Part shown: piece by piece, positions 38,810 through 48,876 of the stretch
How positions within the stretch are numbered: position 1 is the stretch's first letter
Layout of the letters: the number at the start of each line of letters is the position of its first letter
NCBI GenBank assembly: GCA_044222475.1
Contig: JBGANF010000024.1
Coordinates: 1-64,000 of the forward strand
Direction: 5' to 3'
Source of the DNA: Polyangiaceae bacterium
GTDB taxonomy: Bacteria; Myxococcota_A; Polyangia; Polyangiales; Polyangiaceae
DNA: 64,000 bases
The notes under the pieces: model-generated
Seen by the model: the letters and a program-made list of their open reading frames with translations, nothing else
Databases searched by the model: none
What the model was told of the DNA's origin: nothing
Made by a program: the position numbers and the translations under genes

Positions 38810-39988
38810 TCACTTCACGGGGAAAAGCTGCCGGTTCTGCCACGACGGGAGCTTGCGCATGTCGGCCCAGACCTCCCGCGCGGAGGTGTAGCGGTACGCG
38901 TCGCGCCGGCGGAGCATCTTCGAGATGAGCTCCCCGAGCGGCGTTCCGATCGAATCGGCGAGCTTTCGCGGATGCCCGTCGGCGACGATGCGCACGATGT
39001 CGTCGTAGGGGACTCCGGCCGGGATCGCCGGCGCGCCGGTGAGCATCCAGTAGAGGAGGAGCCCGCACTGGTAGATGTCGCTCTGCTTGCTCGTGTAGCC
39101 GCTCGCCACGACCTCGGGCGCCATGATCAGGTGGTGCACGACGTTCGGGCGGATCGCCGACATCCCGCGAAGCTCGTGGCTGATGCCGAAGTCGCTGATC
39201 TTCACGATCGGTCGATCGACCGAGTGCGAGATGAGCACGTTGCCGGGGTGGAGATCGTCGTGGACGATGTCGTTGTCGTGGAGGAACTGGACGGCGGCGA
39301 GGAGCTGGCGTCCGAGCTCGAGCACGAGCCCCTCTTGCATGGGCGCGCCGAGCATGTCCTTCAGCGCGTGGTCGCACTTCTCGAGCGCCATGTAGAAGAG
39401 GTGAGAGAGCTCGAACGCGTCGTAGATGTAGACGATGTTCGGGTGGCGAAGCGACGTGAGCCGCTGCGTCTCTCGGGCCCACTCGCCGTACACCTCGGCG
39501 TACGGCCGGTTCGCGGGGCGAATGACCTTCACCGCGTAGACCTGGTCGAACGGCCCGAGGCACTCGTAGACGGCGCCGAACTCTCCGCTGCCGAGGACGC
39601 GGAGCACCTCGTACTCGCCCTTGCCCGCGGTCAAGCGGGAGCCGACTTGCGGATACTGGACGGTGATGCGCTTGCCGGCGGGTCGCGGAGCGGTCGCGGC
39701 TGCGGCGACGGCGGCGGCAGCGGGGACGAGCACCTGTCCCGTCGCAGACACGGCCGGAAATTGCGACGACTGCGTCGGGGCTGCGGTGATCGGCACTGCG
39801 GGGGTCGGAATCGCCTGCGTGTTCTCGAGCGGGAGGCTCGGCTGAGACACCGGCGCCATCGGCAGCGCGGGCGTGTTCATCCGCGGGCGCATCGGACCGC
39901 TTTCGTCGGGCCTCGTGGGCGGGGTCGAGGCGGCCCCGGCGTTGGGCGGAAACGGAGGACGGTCGTTCACGTCCTTCTTTAGTACCAT
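38810..39988 (-). CDS. Hanks-type Ser/Thr protein kinase with atypical catalytic loop
   Basis: GSGEFG, AVK, HPNIV, HDDLHPGN, DFG, APE, SDIY. Confidence 0.9.
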   Translation of the reverse strand: MVLKKDVNDRPPFPPNAGAASTPPTRPDESGPMRPRMNTPALPMAPVSQPSLPLENTQAIPTPAVPITAAPTQSSQFPAVSATGQVLVPAAAAVAAAATAPRPAGKRITVQYPQVGSRLTAGKGEYEVLRVLGSGEFGAVYECLGPFDQVYAVKVIRPANRPYAEVYGEWARETQRLTSLRHPNIVYIYDAFELSHLFYMALEKCDHALKDMLGAPMQEGLVLELGRQLLAAVQFLHDNDIVHDDLHPGNVLISHSVDRPIVKISDFGISHELRGMSAIRPNVVHHLIMAPEVVASGYTSKQSDIYQCGLLLYWMLTGAPAIPAGVPYDDIVRIVADGHPRKLADSIGTPLGELISKMLRRRDAYRYTSAREVWADMRKLPSWQNRQLFPVK

Positions 39989-39997
39989 GCCTTACCC

Positions 39998-42682
39998 ATG
40001 ATGCGGACCCGTACGGCGGAACACCGGCGACTCGAAGAAGCTCGCGAAGGAAAAAAGTGGCGCCGGTGGGGTCCGTACCTCAGCGAGCGGCACTGGGGAA
40101 CGGTGCGCGAGGATTACTCGGCGAGCGGCGACGCGTGGGCGTATCTCCCGTTCGAGCACGCCCACCTGCGCACGTACCGGTGGGGCGAGGACGGCTTGCT
40201 CGGGCTCTCCGACAACCGCGGTCTGGTCAATTTCGCGGTCGCGCTGTGGAACGGTCGCGACCCGATCCTCAAGGAGCGCCTGTTCGGGCTGTCCAACCCG
40301 GAGGGCAACCACGGCGAGGACGTGAAGGAGCTCTACTACTACCTCGACGCCACGCCGACGCACTCGTATGGGCGTGCACTCTACAAGTATCCGCACGCAC
40401 GCTTCCCCTACGAGGAGCTCCGTCGCGCGGCGCGCGAAGCTGGCCGCGATGGCGCCGAGCCGGAGCTCGCGGACCTCGGCGTGTTCGACGGCGACGCATA
40501 CTTCGACGTCGAGATCGAGCACGCGAAAGCGGACACGGACGATCTCCTCATCCGCCTGACGATCACCAACCGGGGGCCGAAGTCGACGATCGAGGTCCTG
40601 CCGACGCTGTGGTTCCGCAACACCTGGGGCTTCGGCGGGACGGAGCCCAAGCCCTCGCTGAAGAAGGTCGCGGACGACATCGTCCTGCTCGAGCAAGAGC
40701 ACCTCGGCGAGCGCTGGTTCGTCGCCGACCTCTTCGGCGACGCCGAGCTGCTCTTCACCGAGAACGAGTCGAACAAGCAAGCCCTGTGGGGAGTGAAGAA
40801 CGACGCCGCCTACACGAAGGACGCGTTCCATCGCTACGTCATCGACAAGGACAAGACGGCGGTGAACCCGGCCGGTACCGGCACCAAGTGCGCGGTGCGC
40901 TATCCGCTCACGCTGGAGACGGGCGAGGCGATCACGCTGCGCTTTCGCCTCACCGACGATCGCATCGCTCACTCGCGCGACGCGCTCGCCGAGTTCGACA
41001 CCGTGTTCGACCAGCGCATCGCCGAGGGCGACGCGTTCTGGGAGACGACCATGCCCGAGAGCCTCGGCGAGGACGAGCGCCTCGTCTACCGCCAGGCGTG
41101 CGCTGGGCTCCTCTACTCGAAGCAGTTCTACCACTTCGACATCGAGCGCTGGTTGCGTGGCGATCCCGGTCAGCCGCCTCCGCCGCGCGAGCGTCGAAAG
41201 GGGAAGAACGCGGAGTGGACGCACCTCTTCAACAGCGAGGTGCTGTCGATGCCGGACAAGTGGGAGTACCCCTGGTACGCCGCGTGGGACACGGCGTTCC
41301 ACACGATCCCGATCGCGCTCTTCGACGCCGAGCTCGCCAAGGGCCAGCTCGCGCTGCTCCTGCGCGAGTGGTACATGCACCCGAACGGCCAGGTCCCCGC
41401 GTACGAGTGGGCCTTCGGCGACGTGAACCCACCGGTGCACGCGTGGGCGGCGCTGCGCGTCTACCAGATCGAGCGGCGCACGACCGGCCGCTCCGACCGA
41501 GCGTTCCTCGAGACGGTGTTCCACAAGCTGATGCTCAACTTCACCTGGTGGGTGAACCGGAAGGACGCGAACGGTCGCAACGTCTTCCAGGGCGGCTTCA
41601 TGGGGCTCGACAACATCGGCGTCATCGACCGGCAGGCGAAGCTGCCTCCCGGCACGGTACTCGAGCAGGCCGACGCGACGAGCTGGATGGGGATGTACTG
41701 CCTCAACCTGCTCGAGATCGCGCTGGAGCTCGCGCGCGAGAACCGCAGCTACCAGGACGTCGCGAACAAGTTCTTCGAGCACTTCCTCTACATCGCGAAG
41801 GCCATCAACTCCGCCGACGACGGGCCGGGGCTGTGGGACGAGGACGACGGGTTCTACTACGACTGCCTCACGACCCACGGCCGTCGCACGCCGATGCGCG
41901 TGCGGTCGATGGTCGGGCTCGTCCCGCTCTTCGCGGTGAGCACGCTCGAGGCCGACGCGTTCGAGCGTTACCCCGAGTTCGGGAAGCGCGTTCGCTGGTT
42001 CCTCGCCAACCGACCGGAGCTGGGCGAGGGCATCGCGTCGATCCACGACAAGGGCTCGGCGGCGCGCAGGCTCCTCGCGCTCGTCGATCGGCCGCGGCTC
42101 GTCCGGATCCTCGCGCGGCTGCTCGACGAGACGGAGTTCTTGTCCCCATTTGGGATCCGCGGGCTATCGCGCGCCCACGCGCGCGAGCCGTTCGAGATCC
42201 GAGTCGACGGCTCGGTCCATCGCATCGCCTACGAGCCAGGCGACTCGGAGAGCGGCATGTTCGGCGGCAACTCGAACTGGCGCGGGCCGGTGTGGTTCCC
42301 GGTGAACTACCTCATCATCGAAGCGCTCCAGCGCTTCCACCACTTCTACGGCGACTCGCTCCGCGTCGAGTGTCCGCGCGGCTCGGGTCAGTTCATGAAC
42401 CTGTGGGAGGTGTCGGCCGAGCTCTCGCGTCGCATGGTCGCGCTCTTCTTGCGTGACTCGTCCGGGCGGCGGCCGGCGTTCGGAGACTCGAAGCTCCTGC
42501 AGGACCACCCCGGCTTTCGCGACAACGTCCTGTTCTACGAGTTCTTCCACGGCGACACCGGGCGCGGGCTCGGCGCCGCGCACCAGACCGGGTGGACGGC
42601 GCTCGTCGCGAAGCTCATCCAGCAGAGCCCGCTGTGGAGCGGCAAGTGGGACGAGGAGCGGTCGAGGATGATCCGCGTCTGA
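39998..42682 (+). CDS. GH63/MGH1-like glucosidase
   Basis: WGPYLSERHWGTVREDYS, SMPDKWEYPWYAAWD, GGNSNWRGP, HQTGWT. Confidence 0.92.
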   Translation: MMRTRTAEHRRLEEAREGKKWRRWGPYLSERHWGTVREDYSASGDAWAYLPFEHAHLRTYRWGEDGLLGLSDNRGLVNFAVALWNGRDPILKERLFGLSNPEGNHGEDVKELYYYLDATPTHSYGRALYKYPHARFPYEELRRAAREAGRDGAEPELADLGVFDGDAYFDVEIEHAKADTDDLLIRLTITNRGPKSTIEVLPTLWFRNTWGFGGTEPKPSLKKVADDIVLLEQEHLGERWFVADLFGDAELLFTENESNKQALWGVKNDAAYTKDAFHRYVIDKDKTAVNPAGTGTKCAVRYPLTLETGEAITLRFRLTDDRIAHSRDALAEFDTVFDQRIAEGDAFWETTMPESLGEDERLVYRQACAGLLYSKQFYHFDIERWLRGDPGQPPPPRERRKGKNAEWTHLFNSEVLSMPDKWEYPWYAAWDTAFHTIPIALFDAELAKGQLALLLREWYMHPNGQVPAYEWAFGDVNPPVHAWAALRVYQIERRTTGRSDRAFLETVFHKLMLNFTWWVNRKDANGRNVFQGGFMGLDNIGVIDRQAKLPPGTVLEQADATSWMGMYCLNLLEIALELARENRSYQDVANKFFEHFLYIAKAINSADDGPGLWDEDDGFYYDCLTTHGRRTPMRVRSMVGLVPLFAVSTLEADAFERYPEFGKRVRWFLANRPELGEGIASIHDKGSAARRLLALVDRPRLVRILARLLDETEFLSPFGIRGLSRAHAREPFEIRVDGSVHRIAYEPGDSESGMFGGNSNWRGPVWFPVNYLIIEALQRFHHFYGDSLRVECPRGSGQFMNLWEVSAELSRRMVALFLRDSSGRRPAFGDSKLLQDHPGFRDNVLFYEFFHGDTGRGLGAAHQTGWTALVAKLIQQSPLWSGKWDEERSRMIRV

Positions 42683-42686
42683 CCGA

Positions 42687-43634
42687 TCACTGGCGCTTCA
42701 GGAGGAAGGTCGCCACTGGCGTGAAGATCTTCTCCTGAGCGCCCTCCGACAGGAACAGATCGGCGTGGGCGATGGGGCGCGGGCCTCCACCGACGACGAG
42801 GAGCTCCTTGTCGGGGCTGGCGATGTGCTCGTAGACGGCTCTCGCGGTGCGCTCGGGTACGACGCCGTCGTCCTTGGCGACCACGCAGAGCAGCGGATGC
42901 TTCATCCCGCGCAGCTTCGCCGACACGTCGACGCCGCGGACGATCAGGCTCCGCTGCTCGATCCAGCGCGCGATCTGGAGGTTCACCTTCGGGTTGGGAT
43001 CTTCGACCGTCTGCACCATCTCGTCCGACCGCGAGAGATCGGTCGATCGCGCGTTGATGTAGAAGGAGAGGAGCTGCGGCGCGACCTTCGCCACGCCCGG
43101 GAGCGCGATGCGCGCGAGGTCACGCGTGCGTCGCATCTCGACCTTGCTCGCCAGCCACGGCGACGCGAAGGCGACGCGGAGGAGGGGATGCACGTCGACC
43201 CAGGTCACCAGCCCTCCGTACGACACGACGGAGTGCACTGGAGCGTCCGGGCGATGCGCGAGGTAGATGAACGAGAGCGCGGTGCCGAGGCTGCAACCGA
43301 TGAGGTCGACTTGGTCCGCTCCGGTGTGCTTGCGCACGAAGTCGACGGCGACCGGCAGGTCTTCGAGCGCGAGCTCGGCGAGCCCGAAGCGCTTCGTGGC
43401 GCCCTTGCTCTTTCCCTGGCCCCGGAGCTCGACGCTCCAGACGTCGAGCCCCCGCGCTGCGAGCGACTCCTCGAGCGACGGACCCTGCGGGTGGAAGCCG
43501 AAGACGAACGCGTTCATCCCGTACCCGGGCACCAGCAGCACCGGCCGCCCGCGCCCCTCGCCGGCGACGCGCTTCAACGCGAGCTCCTGCCCGTACCCAT
43601 TTGGGACGAAGAAGACTTCCTCTGCGACCGTCAC
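42687..43634 (-). CDS. Alpha/beta hydrolase
   Basis: ELRGQG, GCSLG nucleophile elbow, Asp (KDDG), His (AHADL); GTGA overlap with the upstream gene. Confidence 0.85.
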   Translation of the reverse strand: MTVAEEVFFVPNGYGQELALKRVAGEGRGRPVLLVPGYGMNAFVFGFHPQGPSLEESLAARGLDVWSVELRGQGKSKGATKRFGLAELALEDLPVAVDFVRKHTGADQVDLIGCSLGTALSFIYLAHRPDAPVHSVVSYGGLVTWVDVHPLLRVAFASPWLASKVEMRRTRDLARIALPGVAKVAPQLLSFYINARSTDLSRSDEMVQTVEDPNPKVNLQIARWIEQRSLIVRGVDVSAKLRGMKHPLLCVVAKDDGVVPERTARAVYEHIASPDKELLVVGGGPRPIAHADLFLSEGAQEKIFTPVATFLLKRQ

Positions 43635-44806
43635 CGTTGCCTCGCGAGCACGACGAACTTCAGATAGCGCCCTTCGGGCCACGCCGGAAGGGTGGGGTGG
43701 TCGGGAGGGGGACCGTGGGCCTCGAGCACCGAGAGCTCGATCGCGGTCGCCTCGTCGTCGAGGGTCGCGAGGAACGCGTCCATCGCGACGTGGCTCGAGC
43801 ACGATGACGCGCACAGGATCCCGTCTTTCGCGAGAACGGCCGCGCACGCGCGGTGGAGCGTCCGGTACGCGGCCAGCGCGCGGGGGCGGCTGCGCTCGTT
43901 GGGCGCGAAGCTCGGCGGATCGCTGATGACGAGATCGAACGAGCGACCATTCTTCCGCGCGCTCTCCAGGAACGCGAACGCATCGGCGGCCACGAACTCG
44001 TGCGCGGACGGATCGACGCCGGCCTCGCGGAAGCTCTTCTGAGCGGTCGAGTGCGCGCGCGCTGCGATGTCGACGCTGGTGACTCGCGTCGCGCCGCCGA
44101 GCGCCGCGTGGAGCGAGAATCCTCCCGCGTACGAGAACAGGTTGAGCACGCGCTTGCCGCGGGCGAGCGCGCCGACGCGGCGCCGGTTCTCGCGCTGGTC
44201 GAGGAACGCGCCGGTCTTCTGGCCTTTCGCCAGATCGACGACGAACGGAACGCCGTGCTCGCGCACCGCGATCTCGTCGGGCGGCGGCGCTCCGGCGAGG
44301 ACGGTGAAGCGCGGCGCGTCGCCTTTCTCGGCCGTGCGATGGACGAAGCTGCGAAAGCGGTCGCCGGTCACCGCGCGGAACGCGGCGGCGAGCTCGGGCG
44401 CGGCGGCGAGTGCGGCGCCGCCGTCGGTGCGGAGCACGGCGACGTCGGCGTAGGCGTCGACGACGAACCCGGGCAGACGGTCGCCCTCGCCGTGCAGCAG
44501 GCGGAACGCAGTGGTTTCGCCGCCAGCGAAGAGAACGTCGCGGACGCGCAGCGCCTGCGCGATGCGCTTCGCGAAGAGGGTGCCGTCGATGGCCACGTCG
44601 CCGTGGGTGAAGACGCGCGCGGCGATCGGCTCGGCGAGGGCGACCAGCGCCCGTCCGATGATCGAACGGTCGGGCGCCACGAGACGCGCCTCTGCGCCCG
44701 GCGGAGCTTCAGCGGCCCGCGCGATCTGCTCGCGGTAGAGCCACGGGTGGCCGCGGCGGAGAGGCTCGACGGCGGTCGGTTTCACCTGGATGTCGATCAG
44801 CGGCAC
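43631..44806 (-). CDS. rlmI: RlmI-family rRNA methyltransferase
   Basis: GHPWLY PUA start, HGEGDRLPG, GQKTGAFLDQRENR, LNLFSY, DPPSF, SCS. Confidence 0.88.
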   Translation of the reverse strand: MPLIDIQVKPTAVEPLRRGHPWLYREQIARAAEAPPGAEARLVAPDRSIIGRALVALAEPIAARVFTHGDVAIDGTLFAKRIAQALRVRDVLFAGGETTAFRLLHGEGDRLPGFVVDAYADVAVLRTDGGAALAAAPELAAAFRAVTGDRFRSFVHRTAEKGDAPRFTVLAGAPPPDEIAVREHGVPFVVDLAKGQKTGAFLDQRENRRRVGALARGKRVLNLFSYAGGFSLHAALGGATRVTSVDIAARAHSTAQKSFREAGVDPSAHEFVAADAFAFLESARKNGRSFDLVISDPPSFAPNERSRPRALAAYRTLHRACAAVLAKDGILCASSCSSHVAMDAFLATLDDEATAIELSVLEAHGPPPDHPTLPAWPEGRYLKFVVLARQR

Positions 44807-45038
44807 GTCGAGCTTGTCCTACACGGTGGGATACATCGTCGCTTGGCGGGGGTGGGTTGCCGTGATTTCGCTGTGCCACCATGACACACCTATGCGGATT
44901 GTCGGGCGTCGATGTCGTGCACACATTGACGAGTGGCCCGGAGAACGCTGGAATGTCCGAAGCATCCAAGCGTGCACGGCATTTGCTTCATACCGCTTCA
45001 CCACCGCACCCGACGCATCAGGTGTTCATGAACGTGCG

Positions 45039-45052
45039 GTGACCCCTTTTCG
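45039..45052 (+). promoter_or_regulatory. Shared motif GTGACCCCTTTTCG, copy 1 (candidate ECF promoter -35 region)
   Basis: Identical to 63709-63722. Confidence 0.5.
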
Positions 45053-45153
45053 GATCTCGTTCCCACACAAGCGCAGATGATTGCGCCTCGAGCGCAGACG
45101 GATGTTGCACCGGCGAGCCATCGGTTCGTCGAAAGGACACTGGTTCAAGGACC

Positions 45154-46491
45154 ATGGAAAAGAAGCGGAAGAAGAAGGCCGGTGTCGATCTGTCGAAGAC
45201 TCTCACGAGTCCGAGCGCGCCGCCCGCGCCGAGCTCCTCGAGCCGCACGCTGTCCGAGGCGGTGACCGAAGCCAGCGCCGAGGCGTTGCTGGCCAAGCTC
45301 GATGCGCCGCCCGCGCCCATCCCTGCAGCGCCGCCGCCGATCGACCCGGTCGAAGTGGAGGCCAAGACCGAGACGCCCGCGCCGGTGCAAGTCGAAGCGG
45401 AAGTGAAGACCGAGACGCCCGCGCCGGTGCAAGTCGAAGCAGAAGCCAAGACCGAGACGCCCGCGCCGGTGCAAGTCGAAGCAGAAGCCAAGACCGAGAC
45501 GCCGCCCCCGGTCCAAGTCGAAGCGGCGGCGACGTCGGTCGCCGGGCCGGTGTCGAAGAAAAAGAAGTCGAAGAAGAAGTCGGGCGATCGCACGAGCACG
45601 ATGCCGGCCACCGCTCGAGAGCCCGCGGTCGAGCGCGCGTCGAAGCGAAAGGTCGCCGCGTCGGCGCCGATCCCCAAGGCGAAGCTCGACGAGAAGCTCG
45701 ACAAGCTCCACCAGAAGCTCGAAGAGAAGAAGGTCGAAGCCGAGAAGGCGGCCCGTGCGGGCTTCGCGAGCAGCCCCGACATCGACGACATCAGCGTTCC
45801 GCCGGTCGACCTCGACGAGCACGACGATCGCTTCTTCGAGGCGGGCGAGAAAGTTCGCCACTCGTCGGGCCTGAGCGGCAGCTTCGATGCGGTCGATCCG
45901 GCGCACGCGCGCAAGATGACCGCCGAGGCGAAGGCGCGACGCGCGCACCTCACCCGTTACGTGAAGGGTGCAGTGATCGCCGCAGCTGCGATCCTCGCGC
46001 TCGCGCTCGTCGTCAGCAAGCTCCGCACGAAGAACGAGCCGGCGCCGGCCGTGCAAGTGACGCACGCTCCGGATCCCACGCCGCCGCCGCCCATCCCGTC
46101 GCCGACGCAGGATTCCCCGCCACCGCCGCTCGACATGGACACCCAAGACACGCCCCCGCCCGAGCCGAGCGCGTCGGCTGCAGCCAGCGCCGCGACGGCC
46201 GACACCGCTGCGGTGCCGTCGGCGAGCGCGTCCACGGAGAAGCCGGCGAAGACTGCCGGGCAGGAGAAGGCCGACGCGAAGGCGCTCCTCGAGCGCGAAG
46301 CGTACGGCGCGGCCGTCGCGGCGGGCGAGCGTTCGGTCGCCCTCGACTCGGGCGACGGCGAGGCGTGGTTGATCCTCGGTGCGGCCTACCAAGGGATGGG
46401 CAACGCGGGGCAGGCCAAGCGCTGCTACGCGGCCTGCACGAAGCAGAAGCGCGGTCCGATCGCGGACTGCCAGCAGATGCTCCAGCAGTGA
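45154..46491 (+). CDS. Bitopic membrane protein: disordered N-terminus, TM, Pro-rich linker, C-terminal TPR
   Basis: AAGGA upstream; TM AVIAAAAILALALVV; EAWLILGAAYQGMG TPR. Confidence 0.75.
   Translation: MEKKRKKKAGVDLSKTLTSPSAPPAPSSSSRTLSEAVTEASAEALLAKLDAPPAPIPAAPPPIDPVEVEAKTETPAPVQVEAEVKTETPAPVQVEAEAKTETPAPVQVEAEAKTETPPPVQVEAAATSVAGPVSKKKKSKKKSGDRTSTMPATAREPAVERASKRKVAASAPIPKAKLDEKLDKLHQKLEEKKVEAEKAARAGFASSPDIDDISVPPVDLDEHDDRFFEAGEKVRHSSGLSGSFDAVDPAHARKMTAEAKARRAHLTRYVKGAVIAAAAILALALVVSKLRTKNEPAPAVQVTHAPDPTPPPPIPSPTQDSPPPPLDMDTQDTPPPEPSASAAASAATADTAAVPSASASTEKPAKTAGQEKADAKALLEREAYGAAVAAGERSVALDSGDGEAWLILGAAYQGMGNAGQAKRCYAACTKQKRGPIADCQQMLQQ
45349..45525 (+). repeat. Intragenic 42-bp tandem repeat x4 (VEAEAKTETPAPVQ)
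   Basis: Units start at 45349, 45391, 45433 and 45475. Confidence 0.92.
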
Positions 46492-46501
46492 TCGCCGTGC
46501 G

Positions 46502-46530
46502 TTGACACTTCGCCCTCGCGTGGGTAATTG
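46502..46530 (+). promoter_or_regulatory. Putative sigma70 promoter for prs (TTGACA-N17-TAATTG), 5 nt before the ATG
   Basis: Consensus -35, partial -10, no SD. Confidence 0.55.
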
Positions 46531-46535
46531 GGCGC

Positions 46536-47480
46536 ATGTTCAAGAAGGTCTGCATCTTCTCGGGGAACGCCAACCCGGACCTCGCCGCTCGCATCGCGGG
46601 GTTTCTCGAGACGCCGCTGGCGAAGTGCAAGACCACCCGCTTCAGCGACGGTGAGTCGTTCGTCGAAGTGAACGAGAACGTCCGCGGCGTCGACGCCTTC
46701 GTGATTCAGCCGACCGGCAGCCCGGTCAACGACAACGTGATGGAGCTCCTCATCATGTGCGACGCGCTCCGGCGCGCGTCCGCAGGCTCGATCACCGCCG
46801 TCATCCCGTACTACGGCTACGCCCGCCAGGACCGCAAGGTCGCGCCGCGCACGCCGATCACGTCGAAGCTCGTCGCCGATCTCATCGTGGCCGCCGGCGT
46901 GACGCGCGTCGTCTCGGTCGACCTCCACGCCGGTCAGATCCAAGGGTTCTTCAACATCCCCTTCGATCACCTCTATGCGATGCCGGTGATGCTCGAGGAC
47001 TACCTGAAGAAGAACTTCGACTCGAGCGCGGTCTTCGTCTCGCCGGACGCCGGCGGCGTCGAGCGCGCGCGCGCGTACTCGAAGCGCCTCAACGCTCAGC
47101 TCGCCATCGTCGACAAGCGCCGCGAGCGCGCGAACGTGAGCGAGGTCATGAACCTCATCGGCGACGTGAAGGGCAAGCCCTGCATCATCCTCGACGACAT
47201 GATCGACACCGCGGGCACCCTCGCCGGAGCGGCCAAGGCGCTCATGGAGAAGGGCGCGACCAAGGTCGTCGCCTGCGCGACCCACGGCGTGTTCAGCGGC
47301 CCGGCCGTCCAGCGCATCGTCGAGTCGCCGATCACCGAGGTCGTCGTCACCGACACCCTCCCGCTCTCGGAAGCCGCCAAGGCCTCCGGCAAGATCAAGC
47401 AGGTCAGCATCGCCAAGCTCCTGGGCGAGGCCATCAAGCGGATCCACTCCAGCGACTCGGTCAGCAGCCTGTTTGCCTGA
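46536..47480 (+). CDS. prs: Ribose-phosphate pyrophosphokinase
   Basis: [41 protein letters not shown]. Confidence 0.98.
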   Translation: MFKKVCIFSGNANPDLAARIAGFLETPLAKCKTTRFSDGESFVEVNENVRGVDAFVIQPTGSPVNDNVMELLIMCDALRRASAGSITAVIPYYGYARQDRKVAPRTPITSKLVADLIVAAGVTRVVSVDLHAGQIQGFFNIPFDHLYAMPVMLEDYLKKNFDSSAVFVSPDAGGVERARAYSKRLNAQLAIVDKRRERANVSEVMNLIGDVKGKPCIILDDMIDTAGTLAGAAKALMEKGATKVVACATHGVFSGPAVQRIVESPITEVVVTDTLPLSEAAKASGKIKQVSIAKLLGEAIKRIHSSDSVSSLFA

Positions 47481-47545
47481 GCCAAAAAGTCGATGCACGA
47501 GGGTTTTGCCTCTGCTATAGGCGTGACCCCCCTGGAGATTCCGTG

Positions 47546-48277
47546 ATGACGACGATGACCCCCCTCGCAGCTTCGACCCGCAACGCTTCCGGCAAGGGAG
47601 CCGCCCGCCGCCTCCGCGCCGAAGGGAAAATCCCCGCGGTCGCGTACGGGAAGGCCTTCGCGTCGACCCCGATCGCCATCACCCCGAAGGACGTCCTCGC
47701 CATCCTCAAGACGGAGCAGGGGCAGAACACCGTCATCAAGATGAAGGTCGAAGGCGCCAAGGCGTCCGACATCCTCGTGATGATCAAGGACTTCAGCTAC
47801 CACCCGGTCACGCGCTCGCTCGAGCACGTCGACTTCGTCGAGGTGAAGCTCGACCGCGAGGTCGAGGTCGAGGTGAAGTTCGTCGTCACCGGCAAGCCGG
47901 TCGGCGTGACCGAGGGCGGCATCCTCCGCCAGGTCTACCGCACCCTCCCGGTGCGCTGCCTCCCGGACCGCATCCCCCTCAAGATCGAGACCGACGCGAC
48001 CGCGCTCGCCCTCGGCGATCACATCTCCACGCAGCAGCTCTCTCTCCCCGAGGGCGTCAAGGTTCGTCTCCCCGCGGAGCAGACCCTGGTCGCCGTCGTC
48101 GCTCCGGAGAAGGAGAAGGAAGAAGTGGCAGCGACCGAGGCCGCGCCGGGTGCAGCTCCGGCTGCTGGCGCAGCGCCGGCCGCGGGTGCGGCGGCTCCGG
48201 CCGCGGGCGCCGCAGCGGGCAAGGACGCGAAGGCAGCCGCTCCGGCGGCCGCCGCGAAGGACGCGAAGAAGAAGTAA
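47546..48277 (+). CDS. rplY: 50S ribosomal protein L25/Ctc (long form)
   Basis: GKGAARRLR...IPAVAYG, HVDF, GVTEGG; Ala/Pro tail. Confidence 0.96.
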   Translation: MTTMTPLAASTRNASGKGAARRLRAEGKIPAVAYGKAFASTPIAITPKDVLAILKTEQGQNTVIKMKVEGAKASDILVMIKDFSYHPVTRSLEHVDFVEVKLDREVEVEVKFVVTGKPVGVTEGGILRQVYRTLPVRCLPDRIPLKIETDATALALGDHISTQQLSLPEGVKVRLPAEQTLVAVVAPEKEKEEVAATEAAPGAAPAAGAAPAAGAAAPAAGAAAGKDAKAAAPAAAAKDAKKK

Positions 48278-48289
48278 CCGGCGCGTCGC

Positions 48290-48865
48290 GTGGTCCTCGT
48301 CGTCGGCCTGGGGAATCCGGGCAAGAAGTACGTCGGGAACCGCCACAACGTCGGCTTCATGGTCGCGGAGAAGCTGCTCTCGGAGCAGTCTCTCCCCGAT
48401 CCGCGCGACAAGTTCTCGGGGGCGTTCTCGAAAGGGGCGGCCTTCGGCGGCGACGTCGCGGTGCTCATGCCCCACACGTTCATGAACCTGTCGGGCGACA
48501 GCGTTCAGCCGGCGTGCGCCTTCCTCAAGATCGAGCCGAAGGACGTCGTGGTCGTCCACGACGAGCTCGACCTACCGTTCGGCGAGGTGCGCCTCAAGCT
48601 GGGCGGGGGACACGCGGGCCACAACGGGCTGCGGAGCATCATCCAGCGGCTAGGAACGCCGGATTTCGTGCGGGTGAGGGTAGGGGTGGGGCGCCCCCCG
48701 GCGGGTTTCGCGGGGGACGTTGCGGACTTCGTCCTGTCGGACTTCACGGCGTCCGAGCGAGCGGAGCTGCCAAAGCTGATCGAGAAGGCGCTGACCGCGG
48801 TCGAACGGGTCGCGCGCGACGGCGTGCAAAAGGCCATGGCGGCGCTCCACGCGCCGACCAAGTAG
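48290..48865 (+). CDS. pth: Peptidyl-tRNA hydrolase
   Basis: GLGNPG, RHNVGF, FMNLSG, HDELD, GHNG. Confidence 0.97.
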   Translation: MVLVVGLGNPGKKYVGNRHNVGFMVAEKLLSEQSLPDPRDKFSGAFSKGAAFGGDVAVLMPHTFMNLSGDSVQPACAFLKIEPKDVVVVHDELDLPFGEVRLKLGGGHAGHNGLRSIIQRLGTPDFVRVRVGVGRPPAGFAGDVADFVLSDFTASERAELPKLIEKALTAVERVARDGVQKAMAALHAPTK

Positions 48866-48876
48866 CTCTCCAAGAA

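Noticed and set aside
45349..45525. 42-bp repeats as a CRISPR array
   Set aside because: Contiguous in-frame coding repeats, no spacers and no cas genes
44807..46535. tRNA-Gln often found upstream of prs
   Set aside because: No cloverleaf or T-loop consensus seen here or in other intergenic gaps
48140..48260. Ala/Pro/Gly repeats at the end of rplY, and similar PA/TA runs near 55975 and 61555
   Set aside because: Ordinary low-complexity coding linkers
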